The position numbers were made by a program, and so were the translations under genes. A model generated the notes under the pieces. It saw nothing but the letters and a program-made list of their open reading frames with translations, had not been told where the DNA came from and ran no database searches. DNA of 64,000 nt from Rebecca billardiae RCC1528 (Eukaryota > Protista > Haptophyta): the NCBI GenBank assembly GCA_965240325.2, contig OZ251231.1:868001-932000 (forward strand), in the 5' to 3' direction. Shown in pieces: positions 1 through 12,400 of this stretch (the stretch's first letter is position 1; each line of letters opens with the position of its first letter).

Positions 1-73
1 GGCGTCCGTCCTGTCGTGCGCGGTGAGCTTTTAGCAGGGCTCGAGACGCTCGGAGCTTGCGGTAATCCCAATA
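1..73 (+). repeat. 3' end of the 5' LTR
   Basis: 73/73 identity with 4065-4137, ending CCCAATA. Confidence 0.9.
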
Positions 74-1605
74 TGCGCGCAGCAACCCCAGGGAGGGAGT
101 TGTCCGCACTGTCCTTTCTCATCGATTGGGCTGATGGGCACGAGCGGCCGCGGTTGCAGGATGGGCGGAACGAGGAACTCTGGCGTCGCATGGAATGCAG
201 CAGAGGTTCCTGGCCGAGAGCGCGGGCAAACTGGCGACGCTCTCGATGGGGCATGGCGCTACGATGCCAGGGATCATCGGCATCATCTTCGCGCATGGCC
301 CGGACGCGGAACTTCGCGTCGATTGGGAGGAACAGTACCTGTCGGTGATGAGCCCGACACGACAGCCTCCCGGAAGCTCACGATTGGATCTGAGCGGATG
401 CAGCTGGTGCAGGAGAACTACTGCGTGCAGCGGCGGATGACTGAGCAGCGCTACTGGCACGATCGGCGCGAGCACGCACCCCGAGCGCCGGGTGGCTGCA
501 CGGCAGCTGACGGCGGCGACGGCGGGCTCGGCGATCTACTCGGAGGGGCTGGCTCATCAACCTGTCCGGTGGTCTAGGGCACCGGATGGCGGCTGGCAGC
601 TGGACTGGGTTTTGCGGTCCGGCTGGCACGGCTGGCACGACCGGACTGGACACAGGTCCGGCGGTTGGCACACCCGGATCTATCGGAATCGTCCGGGTGG
701 AATCTGGCGACACGAGCGCCGTTACGGCGGCGGGCAGTGCTTGGCACTGGTCCTACGCCGGCAGCTGACGCGAGGCGCAGCTGGCAGTGCCACCGAGATG
801 GCGGCGCTGGCGCGACTGTTGAGTCGCGGGAATCGCGCGCGCGCGAGGCGCGAGCGCGGGATCATGACGGGGCGGCGCAGCGGTGCCGAGACTACGTCTG
901 CAGCTGACGCGAGGCGCAGCTGGCAGTGCCGCCGAGACGGCGGCGCTGGCGCGATCTTTGAGTCGCGGTATCCGCGCGCGCGCAAGGCGCGAGTGCGGGG
1001 TGACGGCGGGGCAGTGCATGGCACTCGGCCCACGCCGGGAGGTTCAGCTCGATTCCATGCTGCGGGCCGAGATCATTCGGCGGCAGGTGGGGACCCGACG
1101 CTGAGGCGTCGGAAGCACACGCACGGCGCAGGACGCCGGTGCGGCGTGTGTGCGCGCAGCAGCGCGCGGCAGTGGCTCGGCGGCGCTGGGCGCACCGAAC
1201 CAGGTGGTCGTACGCCCGGTGGTGGCGGCGGCACCCACACGTCCACGCACGAAGCTCATCGCCTGGCTCAGGCGGCGGTGGCGACGGCGGGGATCGTGGC
1301 GGCGGCCAAGACGGCGGAGAGATACCGACTGGCTGCGAGGGCGGAGGAGGCAGCGGCGGCGGCGATCAGCGCGCGCCGCGCGCGGAGCAGCTCCGTGGCT
1401 TCAACGTACTCTGGTACGTATGTCGTGTAGACGACGGACGTCTCTTCACTTGCGTGACGTACGCATCGACGAGACCGACCTGGTCGAGGGGGGGCACTCG
1501 TCGCTGGGCGCACCTGACGGTGGCGCGTACGTGGGTGATGGTGACGGCGCCGCGGTAAGCGGCGGACATCGTCCAGTCGGCGGTGACGCCGACGGTGAGG
1601 ACGAG

Positions 1606-1912
1606 GACGGCGACGGCGGCGAGCAGCCAGCCGACGCCGGGAATGACGACGCGACAGAGTTCGACGTCGGGTACGACGACGACGCAGATGCGTCAACGTC
1701 GGGGCGCGGGCGCAGCAGCGTGGACGCGGGACAGCGCGGGTGCAGCAGCGCGGGCGCGGATGACGGCGACGGCGGCGAGCAGCCAGCCGACGCCGGGAAT
1801 GACGACGCGACAGAGTTCGACGTCGGGTACGACGACGACGCAGATGCGTCAACGTCGGGGCGCGGGCGCAGCAGCGTGGACGCGGGACAGCGCGGGTGCA
1901 GCAGCGCGGGCG
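1606..1912 (+). repeat. 156-bp tandem duplication inside the retroelement, with a third diverged copy near 2062
   Basis: GAGCAGCCAGCCGACGCCGGGAATGACGAC starts at 1621 and 1777. Confidence 0.9.
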
Positions 1913-2869
1913 CACAGCCGTCGACGCCGACGCCGCAGGGCGGGCGTGGCGGGACAGGCGCGTCGATGACGCAGCCGGGTCGGCAGGGTCAGATACCGCC
2001 GGCGGAATCACGGCGCGGGGCCGCAGCAGATGCTGGCGGGCCGCCGCGCGGCGCAGGACGATGACGGCGACGGCGGCGAGCCGCCGGCCGACGCCGGTGA
2101 CGACGACGCGACGGAGTTCGACGTCAGGAACGACGGCGACGCAGATGCGTCGGCGTCGGCGCGCGAGCGCGGCAGCGCGGACGCGGAACAGCGCGCGGGC
2201 GCGGCAGCGCGGGCGCGGAACAGCGCGCGGGCGCAGCAGCGCGGGCGCGGAACAGCGCGCGAGCGCAGCAGCGCGGGCGCGGAGCGCGCAGGCGCGGCAG
2301 CGCAGGTGCGGAACAGCGCACGGGCGCGGCAGCGCAGGCGCGGAACAGCGCGCGGGCGCAGCAGCGCGTGCGCACAGCCGTCGACGCCGACGCCGCAGGG
2401 CGGGCGTGGCGGAGCAGGCGCGTCAGCGACACAGCCTGGGTCGGCAGGGTCGGATCCCGCCGACGGAATCCCGGCGCGGGGCCGCAGCAGATGCTGGCGG
2501 GCCGCCGCGTAGCACAGGTGCGCGGGCGCAGCAGCGCGGGCGCGGGTCAGCGCTGGCGCAGCAGCGCGGGCGCACGGGCGCACAGCCGCCGATGCCGCAG
2601 GCCGGCGATCGGGGCGGTGCGGGCGCGCCATGGGCGCAGTCGCACTGGTGGTATGAGATACCACCGGCGCAACTTTGGCGCGGGACCGCCGCGCAGATGC
2701 GGGCGGGTTGCCGCGGGTCGCAGAGGCGATCGATGGCGGGCTCGAGCGATTCGGCACGAACGCGAGCACGCGGATACGGCTGCCAGAGGCAGCGGCGCGC
2801 GCGAGGCTGACCGACGCGGACAAGGCGTTGGTTCAGCGCGCGGAGATTGACGAGCTCGACGACTTGCTC

Positions 2870-3075
2870 ACTTTGGGTGACTCTGTTTGGTCTAACAACC
2901 CAGGGGAATCCGGGTGGAGGTCGACGGGTGGCTGCATCATTGTCTTCTACAATGGATCGCCGGTGTCGTGGCACAGCAGCGGGCTGCAGGTTATGGCCCA
3001 GCTGAGCTCGACGGAGGCGGAGTACGTGGCGTGAGGTCAATGTACCACGCCGACATCATGACGAAGGCGACGGAC
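2870..3075 (+). pseudogene. Copia-type RNase H remnant (frameshifted, deleted)
   Basis: WRSTGGCIIVFYNGSPVSWHSSGLQVMAQLSSTEAEYVA then ADIMTK match the copia RSTxG..VSWxS..LSSTEAEYxA and ADxLTK motifs. Confidence 0.85.
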
Positions 3076-3183
3076 GACGCTGCTACGTTTGAGTGGCACG
3101 TCGACGCCATCATGGTGTGCGACACCCGACGCGCGCGCGATGAGCGGCGCTACTCGCTCGCGGCTATGGCTGTCGAGGGGGGG

Positions 3184-4137
3184 TGTTGAGCTGACGAGGC
3201 CAGGGGCGCGCATCTCAGCAGATGGCGTCGCCGGCGGTGAGTCAGGGCCGGTGCTGCAGCAGGCAGACCGGCGGCGCAGCTGCTGCAGAGCAGCAGTGCG
3301 GATGAACTGGCACAGTCTGGGGCACGCATCTCAGCAGATGGCGTTGCCGCTGGGGTGTCAGGGCTGGCGCCGCATCAGGCGGGCCGGCAGCAGCAGCTGC
3401 TGCGGAGCAGTGGCTGGCAGCGCGCGCGTCCAGGACGCGCGCGGCAGCAGACGCGCGAGCGCGGAGCAGCGCGGGCGCAGCGGCGCGGGCGCGGAGCAGC
3501 GCGGGCGCAGCGGCGCGGGAGCGCGGAGCAGCGCGGGGCGCGCGGAGCAGCGCGGGCAGCGCGGAGCAGCGCGGAGCAGCGCGGAGCAGCGCGGAGCGCG
3601 CGGAGCAGCGCGGAGCAGCGCGGAGCAGCGCGGAGCAGCGCGGAGCAGCGCGGAGCAGCGCGGAGCAGCGCGGAGCAGCGCGGAGCAGCGCGGAGCAGCG
3701 CGGAGCAGCGCGGAGCAGCGCGGAGCAGCGCGGAGCAGCGCGGAGCAGCGCGGAGCAGCGCGGAGCAGCGCGGGCGTCATGCTGGTACACTGGATTTGTC
3801 CAAGGAAAGCAGGTGAGCAGCACCGGACATGGACGAGAAGCAGTGGTACAAAGTTGAGCGGCAACAGGACGGACGGTGCGATCGCCGATTGGCTGATCGC
3901 GGCAAAATCTGGGTAAGTCGGCACGGCGATGATACTACCGCCCCGAGCCCAGGAGCGATCGGAGCTCGATCGCTGTTTTGGCCCGGCGCAAGAGCGCCGG
4001 AAATAAGGGCCAGGTTCAGAGGCTTGAGAGCTGATGAGATCGCGAGGCATGTGATCCTCGCGGTGGCGTCCGTCCTGTCGTGCGCGGTGAGCTTTTAGCA
4101 GGGCTCGAGACGCTCGGAGCTTGCGGTAATCCCAATA
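3184..4137 (+). repeat. 3' LTR (954 bp), TGTTG...CAATA
   Basis: Starts right after the PPT; its end is identical to window bases 1-73. Confidence 0.85.
3540..3772 (+). repeat. 10-bp minisatellite (GCGGAGCAGC)n within the LTR
   Basis: About 20 near-perfect tandem units are visible. Confidence 0.95.
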
Positions 4138-5521
4138 TAGTAGGCTTCTTTTAACAGCTTATGCAGGCGGCTTCTATAAATGCTAGCATAGATAGAACTT
4201 TACTACACTCGGGCTTCGGTATAGTACCGCCTACCGGCCGGCCGGCCGGCCGGCGGCTGCCACCTGCGGTCCCGCGAGACCCGCCGTCCAGTCTAACTAA
4301 GCCGCCACAGCCGGTCCGATCCGCGACGCGGCGCGACGACGCAGCCTGGTCCCGTGTCGGTGACTCTCCCAGTGAGCCGCGCAGGTCAGCGCGCAGCTGC
4401 CAGCATGCAGTAAGCTAGGCTAGCCCGTCCCGCGGGTCCTGCTCCTAAATATTTCGGAGACACGCCACACGGCGAGTGACACACCTGGTTTGCATAGCCG
4501 CAGATATTACGTACTGCTGTCTGTTAGCTAGGCTAAGATGATCACGGTCCTGACACGGTAAGCTAGCGGACGCGCGTAGATAGGTTAGAGTGCGCCGACT
4601 CACAGACACAGTAGTATTATCACTAATAATGTCTAATCACTTGTGATGCCAGTAACCGTAGTATGCGAGTAGTCTGATCGGCCATCAGGGGCCACGCCGT
4701 CGCGCCACAGCGGATCCGATCATCCGAGCCGCATCGCCATCGGTCTGATCGGACCCGCGTGCCGACTCGTAGAGTGAGTGTCGGAGCCCGCACGCAGCCG
4801 CGGTGGCTCCGCCGTGGCACATCTACGTCATCTACCGTGGGCGAAGTGCTTCTGACGGCTTGGCTAGGCTGTGGGTCATATTAGACGCTAGAGGGTGCCT
4901 TAGCAAGTGCCACGCTCGTGGCCCGGACACCTACATAGCATGGTTGTCGAAAATCATAAATCCGTAGGCTGCTGGCTGTTGGACCCCCTATCGTACTGTA
5001 GCAGTAGACTATATAGACCGTTTTAAAGTCGTACTGTCGGTTACGACGACGAATAACGGGCAGTTGCCAGTTTTCGCATATCGCATATCCGCCGTCGATC
5101 GTCCGGATCGGCGCGCCACGCGCCGCGGACGGCGGTCCGCCAGCTAACTAGGGCGGCTACCGAGCCTAGGCGCCGACGGCGGGCCGCTCTAAGCCTTGGC
5201 AGGTCATGCCCGGTCTGTCTAGCTCGGACTGTCGTACGGCGCGGTCCGGGCCACTCCGCGGACTCCGCCGCGGGGCGGGGCGCCACTCCGCGGACTCCGC
5301 CGCGGGGCGGGGCGGGGCGTCGGCTGGTCACTGCTGGACATCAGATCAATATAATCGGCACTCACGGACGAACTATATAATTTTCCAATGGCACTCGGTG
5401 CCCCGCAACACGTCGACTGGCGCTGCATCGCGGCCGGGCATCACGCGGGGGACGCCGTTTGTCAGCTCATCGACGCTTCCACGGCTGATGAATGATGGCG
5501 CGCAGCCCATGATTCGAATTC

Positions 5522-6466
5522 TCAGAAGCCCTCAAAACTCATGGTGTAGTCATAGTCGATCGTCGGAATGACAGTCGAGATGAACTTGAGGAAAAGGAAT
5601 AGGTACTGGTCAGCACGGCAGTGACCACCTCCCGACTCGAGCTGCTCGCAGAGCTTCTTAATCACCTCGGCGTGACGGCACGGGTGGATGGAGGCGTACA
5701 CTCCGTGCTCGAGGTGCGGGTGCGGCTCAATGGTGCACGTTTTGTTGGCGTGCTCTGCGGACACGTCCTCCAGCACCTGCTCGTTCGTGAGCGGTTGCCT
5801 CGCCTCGGTGTACCCGTACATCCACACGCGCGGGCATCGGTAGTACTTGTCGTACGTAATCGATATGTCGTACGTGCGCGAGCGCACGATATTGTCCGTG
5901 GGCGTGTCGCTGAGGGCCATGGAGCCGACAGGCAGCGCAGCGAGGTCATCCTCGTCCGCCAGACCATCCTGCTCAAAGTCCTTCATGTTTGGGATGTCGT
6001 CGTCGCCAAGAGTAGGCGCCGAGCTGGCGGGCTGGCTCGCACGCACAGCGCCCACGCCCGCGCTAGCTACCTGCGGCGTTTCTGGACCCGACAGCGGAGT
6101 CGCTGTGGTGCTGGTCCACCCGTCCTCGTCCGTGACCTCCTCGCCGCCTTCCGTGATGCCATCGGCGGCCGCGCTCGCAAGGTCCTTGGCCCGCCGCAGA
6201 CACGGGACACTACGCGTGACGAGGAACTGCTTTTCCGCGGGCAAGTGCGGCCGCGCCTTGGCCGGATCGCCACCGCTCCACTGCCACGTCGGGCACTTGA
6301 GCACGAGCATGTCGCCGGCCGTCACAAATTCCTCGGGCGTGAGCATGCCCTTCTCGCGGAACTGCGACTCCGTCATGACGGGCGCGAGGTACTCGGCCGT
6401 GCTCAGAGCATATGACTTCACGCTCTGAGGCACCACGGCCGACACGGCGCCCTTGATCACGTTCAT
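5522..6466 (-). CDS. ATG3: Autophagy E2-like conjugating enzyme ATG3
   Basis: GMLTPEEFVTAGDMLVLKCPTWQW, KQFLVTRSVPC, RTYDISITYDKYYRCPR, catalytic HPCRHA and C-terminal FLKFISTVIPTIDYDYT. Confidence 0.97.
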   Translation of the reverse strand: MNVIKGAVSAVVPQSVKSYALSTAEYLAPVMTESQFREKGMLTPEEFVTAGDMLVLKCPTWQWSGGDPAKARPHLPAEKQFLVTRSVPCLRRAKDLASAAADGITEGGEEVTDEDGWTSTTATPLSGPETPQVASAGVGAVRASQPASSAPTLGDDDIPNMKDFEQDGLADEDDLAALPVGSMALSDTPTDNIVRSRTYDISITYDKYYRCPRVWMYGYTEARQPLTNEQVLEDVSAEHANKTCTIEPHPHLEHGVYASIHPCRHAEVIKKLCEQLESGGGHCRADQYLFLFLKFISTVIPTIDYDYTMSFEGF

Positions 6467-6733
6467 CGCGTCGCGGTGGCGGCAACGGCGTCCAGATGTG
6501 CCTGCCTACGGGAGCTGGACAAGACCTGCCTGCCGCCGCGGATCAGAGCAAGTTTGCAGAGCGGTCAACCGCGTAAATCCGGCCGTGAGATGCCGGACTC
6601 AGGGCGCGCGTGAGCCCTCACGAATTCAGAATGGCGGATGATCACGTATTCAGCGGCTCCAAAGCCATTCCGGCAGGTGAGGGCCCCGCGGCCGCGGGTC
6701 CGGCGATCTCGAGTGGGCGGGCTCAGTGCGCCC

Positions 6734-7240
6734 ATGGCGCAGTCGCGCTCCCCTCATTCCCCGTCCACCAACATTCGATTCTACAGCGCTGACGGACACA
6801 TGTGCCGCGCACACACCTCGCTCCACCGCGTAGGAGAGGCCTTCGAACTGCCCATATTTGCGCCCTCAAAGGGCTGCCAGCTGGAGTTCTCCTTTCGGGA
6901 GCTGTCGGGCTACACTCTCGACTTTAGCGTCTCGCAGGTCGGCGTTGGCCAGCTCCTGGGGAGGTCGAGCGTCGATGTCTCAAAGGGCGCATGTGAGCTA
7001 CCGAACGATGGACCATGCACACTGCGATGGGACAACACGAAGTCATGGATGTACGGCCGTGAGATCGCATACGAAGCTGTCCTCCGCGTCGAAGCCGAGG
7101 ACGAGGTCGAGGCCGTCAAGCGCGTGCTGGCGCGAAACAAGCGAAAGTACCGCCGACCTCGCTCATTCCCGTGTTGCTGCCTCTCGACGCTGGAGGCAGC
7201 GCAAGGCTCAGAGGAGGAAGGCTACGGGCTGACGCGCTGA
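6734..7240 (+). CDS. Small GOLD-domain protein
   Basis: Beta-rich LEFSFRELSGYTLDFSV and GPCTLRWDNTKSWMYGREIAY resemble the GOLD C-terminal motif LxWDNxxSW. Basic/CCC tail. The start ATG is inferred. Confidence 0.6.
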   Translation: MAQSRSPHSPSTNIRFYSADGHMCRAHTSLHRVGEAFELPIFAPSKGCQLEFSFRELSGYTLDFSVSQVGVGQLLGRSSVDVSKGACELPNDGPCTLRWDNTKSWMYGREIAYEAVLRVEAEDEVEAVKRVLARNKRKYRRPRSFPCCCLSTLEAAQGSEEEGYGLTR

Positions 7241-8283
7241 CGAGGGCGAGACGGCATCTGCAATGTGCAAGGGGGATGCACCTGACTCAGCGTCGGGCGA
7301 AGAGCCGTATGCCGTCGTCTGGCGGGCCCCGGACCGCGGCGGCCGGCCCCGCGGCCGGGGGCGGCGGCGGCCGCGGGCCGGCGGCGACCGCAGTAGTAGT
7401 TCAATCAATGACCCGACGACAGTCGACACGGTACTTACTACTTACAATAGGCGAGTAGCTGGTTCTAGCTTGCTAACTTGCTACGGCGCAGGCGAGGTCT
7501 GCCCGGGCGGTATGAGGGTCACTCTGCGCCCGCACCGCGGACCGCCCGCCGCGGTACGAGCCCTTGAATAGGCCGCAACGGTCACACTGGCACCCCGCCG
7601 CCCGAGGGCGAGGGGCCGCCAAGGGGTCGCGTGCACTCCGGGGACGGGCCACGGGCCGGTGAGACTGCCGTGAGTGGAACCGGCACAGTGCTGAGTGCTG
7701 GCAACGGTGCTGTTTGTCATCCCGGTGGCCGCCTCGCGACGAGACCGCCCGGGCTCGAGCCTCGAGGGCCACTCGGCAGTTTCAGGCGCTGATGCTGTGG
7801 CCTTCTGTTGATATATATATGCTACCCCAGTCATGCCGCTTGATACACGCCTTCCCCAACGGACAAGTGGGGCTCCACATGATTCCGTACTACAGATGGG
7901 CCATCGTCGCAAGGGCCGTGCGCGCGGACGGCTCGCTGAGGCCGGCTGCGGGTACGCAGCGGGAGGCACGCGCTGCCAAGGCGCGTGCGGACCCGACGCC
8001 GCAGCTTCCCAACCCTGGCCCCTTCCGCGAGCTCGCGCCTTCGGCATCGTCGGAGCCGTCGTCGCGGCCGTCCGCATGTCTTCGGACCGCCAAGCCGGCC
8101 GGGGGCGGCCATCACCCTCTGGGTGATGGCACCCCGGCTGATGGCGCCCGGGCTAGCTCTGGGTGATGGCCCCCCTTGCTGGTTCCTTTCGGTTTGGCCC
8201 CCCGCAGCCTAACCCCCCTTGATTCCTTTGAATCAATCGTCGTCGTCGGTGAGTGTACCATCCCTTTCGTCGCGGCTGCGGGA

Positions 8284-9405
8284 ATGGCGGCGCGGCGCTG
8301 GTCGTGTCGGGGGCTGCGCCGGCGGCGCGGGGTGGTGTTCACCGCGCTCACGCTAGCCATCATCGGCGCGTGGCACTTCGTCCTCCATCACATCCTTGAG
8401 CCGCGCCCGCCGTACGCGCTTCCGCCATCGTGCCGCTTGCGCGCCAACCTGGGCGGCGGCACGGTCGCGCGCGCGGACGCCGCCGAGCTGGCCGCGGCCG
8501 AGCTCTCGCACTCAGAGGTGGTGGCGCGGCTGGAGGCGCTGTACGCGCGGTACGCCGCGGAGCTGGTGCGGCTCCAGCCGCATGCCATGCGTCTCTGTGC
8601 CACCCTCCGCGCGCGCGACCCCTCCTACTGCGCATCCGACGATCTCGAGTCTGAGATCACGTACATGCGCGTGCGCGAGGCGAACGCATCCGCCGTGCTC
8701 GAGCTCGCGCCGCGCGCGGGGTACTCAACGTTCTTTCTCGTGGCCGCGCAGCTGGCCAACGGCGCGGACGGTCAGGTAAACTCGTACGACCTGGAGGACC
8801 TCATCGACCGCCCGCTGCTCGCACATGCGCTCGGGCTCACGCCAGCGGACGCCCAGCCCGCCGCGGCCGCGGCCGCGCTCGCGCGCGTGCACGCGCTGCA
8901 CGTCGGCGACGCCCGGCGCGCGTTCGGGCAGGGGTCGAAGGCGGCGGGTGGCGAGGGCGCGCCGCCCTCCGCGCTCGTGGACCCCGCGAGCGGCGCCCCG
9001 CGCTTCGGCTACCTCTTCCTGGACGCCGAGCACTCCGGGCCATTTGGGCAGTGGCTGGGCGAGGCGCTGCTGGCAGTGGCGCAGCGGCTGGCGCCAGGCA
9101 CGCCCGCCTCCGTGCACGACGTGTTCCACAACTACCTGCCCTCGGATGAGGGCGTGGAGGCCGTGCGCGCCCTCGACCGCCGGCCGCGCGCGGCGTTCAC
9201 CGTCGCCAGGTGCCGGGTGGGCGAGGAGCGCTGGCGGCAGCTCCTGGCTGCACGCAGCCGGGGGTTTGCGCGCGCGAGCGGCTCATCTGCCGCCGCCGCC
9301 GGCGGCGGCGGCGGCGGGAGCGCCGCACAGCCGGTTCCGGCGGTGCCCGCCGCCGGTCGAATGCACACCGGCCTTGGCAATCCGACCCTTTTCCTCGAGC
9401 TATAA
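8284..9405 (+). CDS. Class I SAM-dependent methyltransferase (Methyltransf_24-like) with N-terminal membrane anchor
   Basis: TM segment GVVFTALTLAIIGAWHFVL; motifs VLELAPRAGYST, SYDL, GDA, YLFLDAEHS, VHDVFH. Intronless. Confidence 0.75.
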   Translation: MAARRWSCRGLRRRRGVVFTALTLAIIGAWHFVLHHILEPRPPYALPPSCRLRANLGGGTVARADAAELAAAELSHSEVVARLEALYARYAAELVRLQPHAMRLCATLRARDPSYCASDDLESEITYMRVREANASAVLELAPRAGYSTFFLVAAQLANGADGQVNSYDLEDLIDRPLLAHALGLTPADAQPAAAAAALARVHALHVGDARRAFGQGSKAAGGEGAPPSALVDPASGAPRFGYLFLDAEHSGPFGQWLGEALLAVAQRLAPGTPASVHDVFHNYLPSDEGVEAVRALDRRPRAAFTVARCRVGEERWRQLLAARSRGFARASGSSAAAAGGGGGGSAAQPVPAVPAAGRMHTGLGNPTLFLEL

Positions 9406-12400
9406 TTGGCGCCCTGGAGCCGACTGGGCTGGAGCGCACTGCCACTGTCTTCCAGCTCTGGGCAGAGCCCGCGGCGTGGGGAGGGGGCGATGGCGCACAC
9501 GGGCGGCCAAAAGGCGAGGCGCGAGAGGCGGGCCTGGGCGAGGGCAGTAGCCCCGGGCCGCCGGTGTCGAACGAGCGTCTGCTACCGCGCGTGCTGCCCC
9601 ACCGCGCCGGCTTTGCGCCCACTCGCCGCGCCGCACCGCCAGTCCCGCGTGCGCATCTACGTGTACCCACTGAGGCCCCACCTGCGATGGTCCAGCGTCC
9701 GCTCGTACAGCCAGCTGCCGTGGGCGCTGCTCGAGCTGCTGCTCGCGAGGCTCATCTCGCCGCGCGCTGCGAGGAATGGTCGGTACCTCGATGGGAGCGT
9801 CCAGCGCCCTCGTCCTTGACGTGGCTGGCTCGAGGTCAAGGCTGGCGGTCAAGGCAGTGCTGTCGTGCTCCGGTGGCCCCCCCGCCAGCCACCAGCCGTC
9901 AGCCGCCAGCGAGTACTGAGTAGCTAGCGACGTCGCCGCCGTCGGGCCGCGCGCTTAAGCGCGCAGCGCAAGCTCAAGCTGACTAGCGTGGCGTGCGCGC
10001 TGCGCCGCGGTAGGCACTGATGCTCACAGTCACCGAAGCCACTACTACTGCGTTATTGGAATATCATATGCTCGTTTGAGTCGTTAGAACTCAAAGTCGA
10101 ATCGCGCCGCCTGCGCGCATGCATGCACATCAGCAATGCGCATGAGCCGGCCACTACCCGCGCATGTTTAGACGATCTTATAATGATATATGCGTGACGC
10201 GTACGACCCTCAGGTAGTAACTGGCTACTGCGCTTAGTAGTTAATACTAGTACGTACTACTTCTATAGACTGACTATTAATTATTGAGTATTATACAACA
10301 GGCTGGCACACCAGCTGCATGCAGCCGCACAGCCCGCACACCGGTAGCATCTCCCGTTTACTCCTCCTCCCGAGACCGAGTCAGTTCCGCCCCAGACCCC
10401 CTGGCCCCTCCTCCTCCTCCTTCCCAGTTCCCTTTTTTTTCGCCCGGCTAGGGGGGCCCACTGAGGGCTGGGAATGGGATGCTGACGACGGCGTCTAGGG
10501 TCTAGGGACTCTAGCGCGCGACGCCCCACCGTGAGCTTGGGTCTGGTCAGCCAAGCAAAAACGGCGGGTGGTCACGCCCTAAGTATAGGCGGGCGTAAAG
10601 GTGACTGCATTTTACATTTTGGTCGGGGGCCGGCAATCAAGCCTGCTGATGATACATATAATGATTGATGGGCCCGACGCGCCGCGCCCTCGGCGCGCGC
10701 GCTCGGTCGCGCGCCCGCTCTCCCCTCGGGCCGGGCGGCGGGCTCGGCGGCGCGGCGCGCGGCAGTGCGGTGCGCGCCCCGCCACGACCAGCTCGGCCAC
10801 CCAACCTGTGTGGGTTCGGGGCTTCGAGCGGAGCCCATCAACACCCGGCCTCGGACAGGCCAAGTCGGCAGGCTCCACGCGCGCCGTTTGCACGCGTTGT
10901 TTGTCAATGCGCGCGCTCGGTCACACGGCCGCGCGCCCGTCTCCGGTCGGTGTACGCTCTACGGCCCTCGGGCCGGGCGGCGGGCTCGGCGGCGACGGCG
11001 CGAGGCAGTGAGCGGCGCGCCCCTCCACGGTCGCCCGGTCTGCGCTGCGGCGCGGGCGAGGGCGCTGCGGCTGGGCCGCGCGGGTCGGGCACCTTGCGGT
11101 CGTGCGCGCGGCGCCGGCAGGAAGCTCGGTGTATCCCGCCGTCATGGGGACGCGGTAGAGGCACACGGCATCGCTGGCTCGCAGCGCCACAACTTTGGCT
11201 CACAGCCGTGTCGCCGGCCCGGATCCGGCGGCACGCGGTCAGCCGCGGTCAGACCGATCAGTAGGCGGCGCGGGCGGCGCGGGCGGTGCGGTTGCCGACG
11301 AGTCGGCCACCGCTCGGCGCTCTCCAACTTGTTTAACGGCGCCAGGGCGCTGTCTTCTGTGCGCGCTGCGGTACGGCCGAGCGACCGGGCAAGCGCGCGT
11401 CCCGTCGGGGTGGCCGCAGCCATCGTTGTCGTGTGATCAAGAAGACAAGGACCGCTGATCGTCTTGATCAGCAACCTGGGGGGTTAAATCTCAGTCATCC
11501 GGACATTTTTGTCCGGCTTTGGGACCTTAGAGTTCAGAATTGCGATCAGCGATGGCGGCCGCGACCCCGCGCACAAACGGAGCTATCTCGTTAGGGGGGG
11601 GCAAAGTGGCACTGTGGCGTGACTGACGGCTACGAGCGCGGGTCCTAGCAAGTGTCTTGAGCTGATAATTCGGGCTGGATCATTTGCCCTCTGGAGGGGT
11701 CTGGGCCGGCCATGTATGATGTAAAAAAATCTGGTGCACATACCCTGATTATAGGGCGTAACGGCCAGCATATTTACTTATTAGAATGTGCCTGAACTTA
11801 TTGGAAACGGCATGCAACGGCCATCCTATACAGTATGTGACATATACTTATCATAATTCATATAGACCATGTCGACCTCACTTTGATAGAGCATCTCTGA
11901 GCAGGTCCCAACATGCGATATAGGCTGTGTACTGGCAGGCTGTCAAACACGTAGATTCCAGGAAGCCACTGGTCGTTACATACCCACCGGTGTATATAGC
12001 CGCCATGCTGATGAATACAGTCTCGTCTGATCTCGAGCTGCGAGATACGTTTTCAGACTGTGTATACGGCCACGCGTACGGCGTATTGCAGACATAGTAG
12101 ACCCAAAGCACCGGCCCCACGTCCTCAGCCCGGGAGTACTCTCGGTCATATAGTCAAGCTTTGAAGTCACTCGAGCCAACCGTCACCGCTCCCTGGCCGA
12201 TACCTACGAGGCAGGTCAAATCTGTCGTCGTCGCAGTGCGGCACAGTGCCGAGCATGCGATTGATTTGGCAGCAAACGCCTGCTCCAGGCGGTGGCTGGC
12301 GTCGCTGCACCAGGCCAGGCTGGATGGGATCGGTTCATAGGTACGCCCTACCCTGTTCCGCGCAATTTCTGGGCTTTGGGGCGGATATTCGGCCTACAGA

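Larger units (their letters stand above)
1..4137 (+). mobile_element. Ty1/copia LTR retrotransposon, internally deleted and non-autonomous; 5' LTR truncated by the window start
   Basis: Bases 1-73 are identical to 4065-4137. A polypurine tract GAGGGGGGG (3175-3183) directly precedes TGTTG at 3184. Copia RNase H motifs lie at ~2880-3070 and an integrase C-terminal-like RDVRIDET at ~1453-1476. No RT YxDD core recognised. Confidence 0.85.

Noticed and set aside
2989-3002. GGTTATGGCCCAG resembling the copia half-tRNA PBS
   Set aside because: Lies within the RNase H coding remnant, far from the 5' LTR; likely coincidence.
3540-3772. CRISPR-like array
   Set aside because: Contiguous tandem units with no spacers, no cas genes, eukaryotic context.
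3242-4050. ORFs with RSSAEQRGAA/CSALLRAAPR repeats
   Set aside because: Translations of the 10-bp LTR minisatellite.
9406-9819. ORF containing RIYVYPL (exostosin/GT47-like start)
   Set aside because: Single short motif with no downstream domain.
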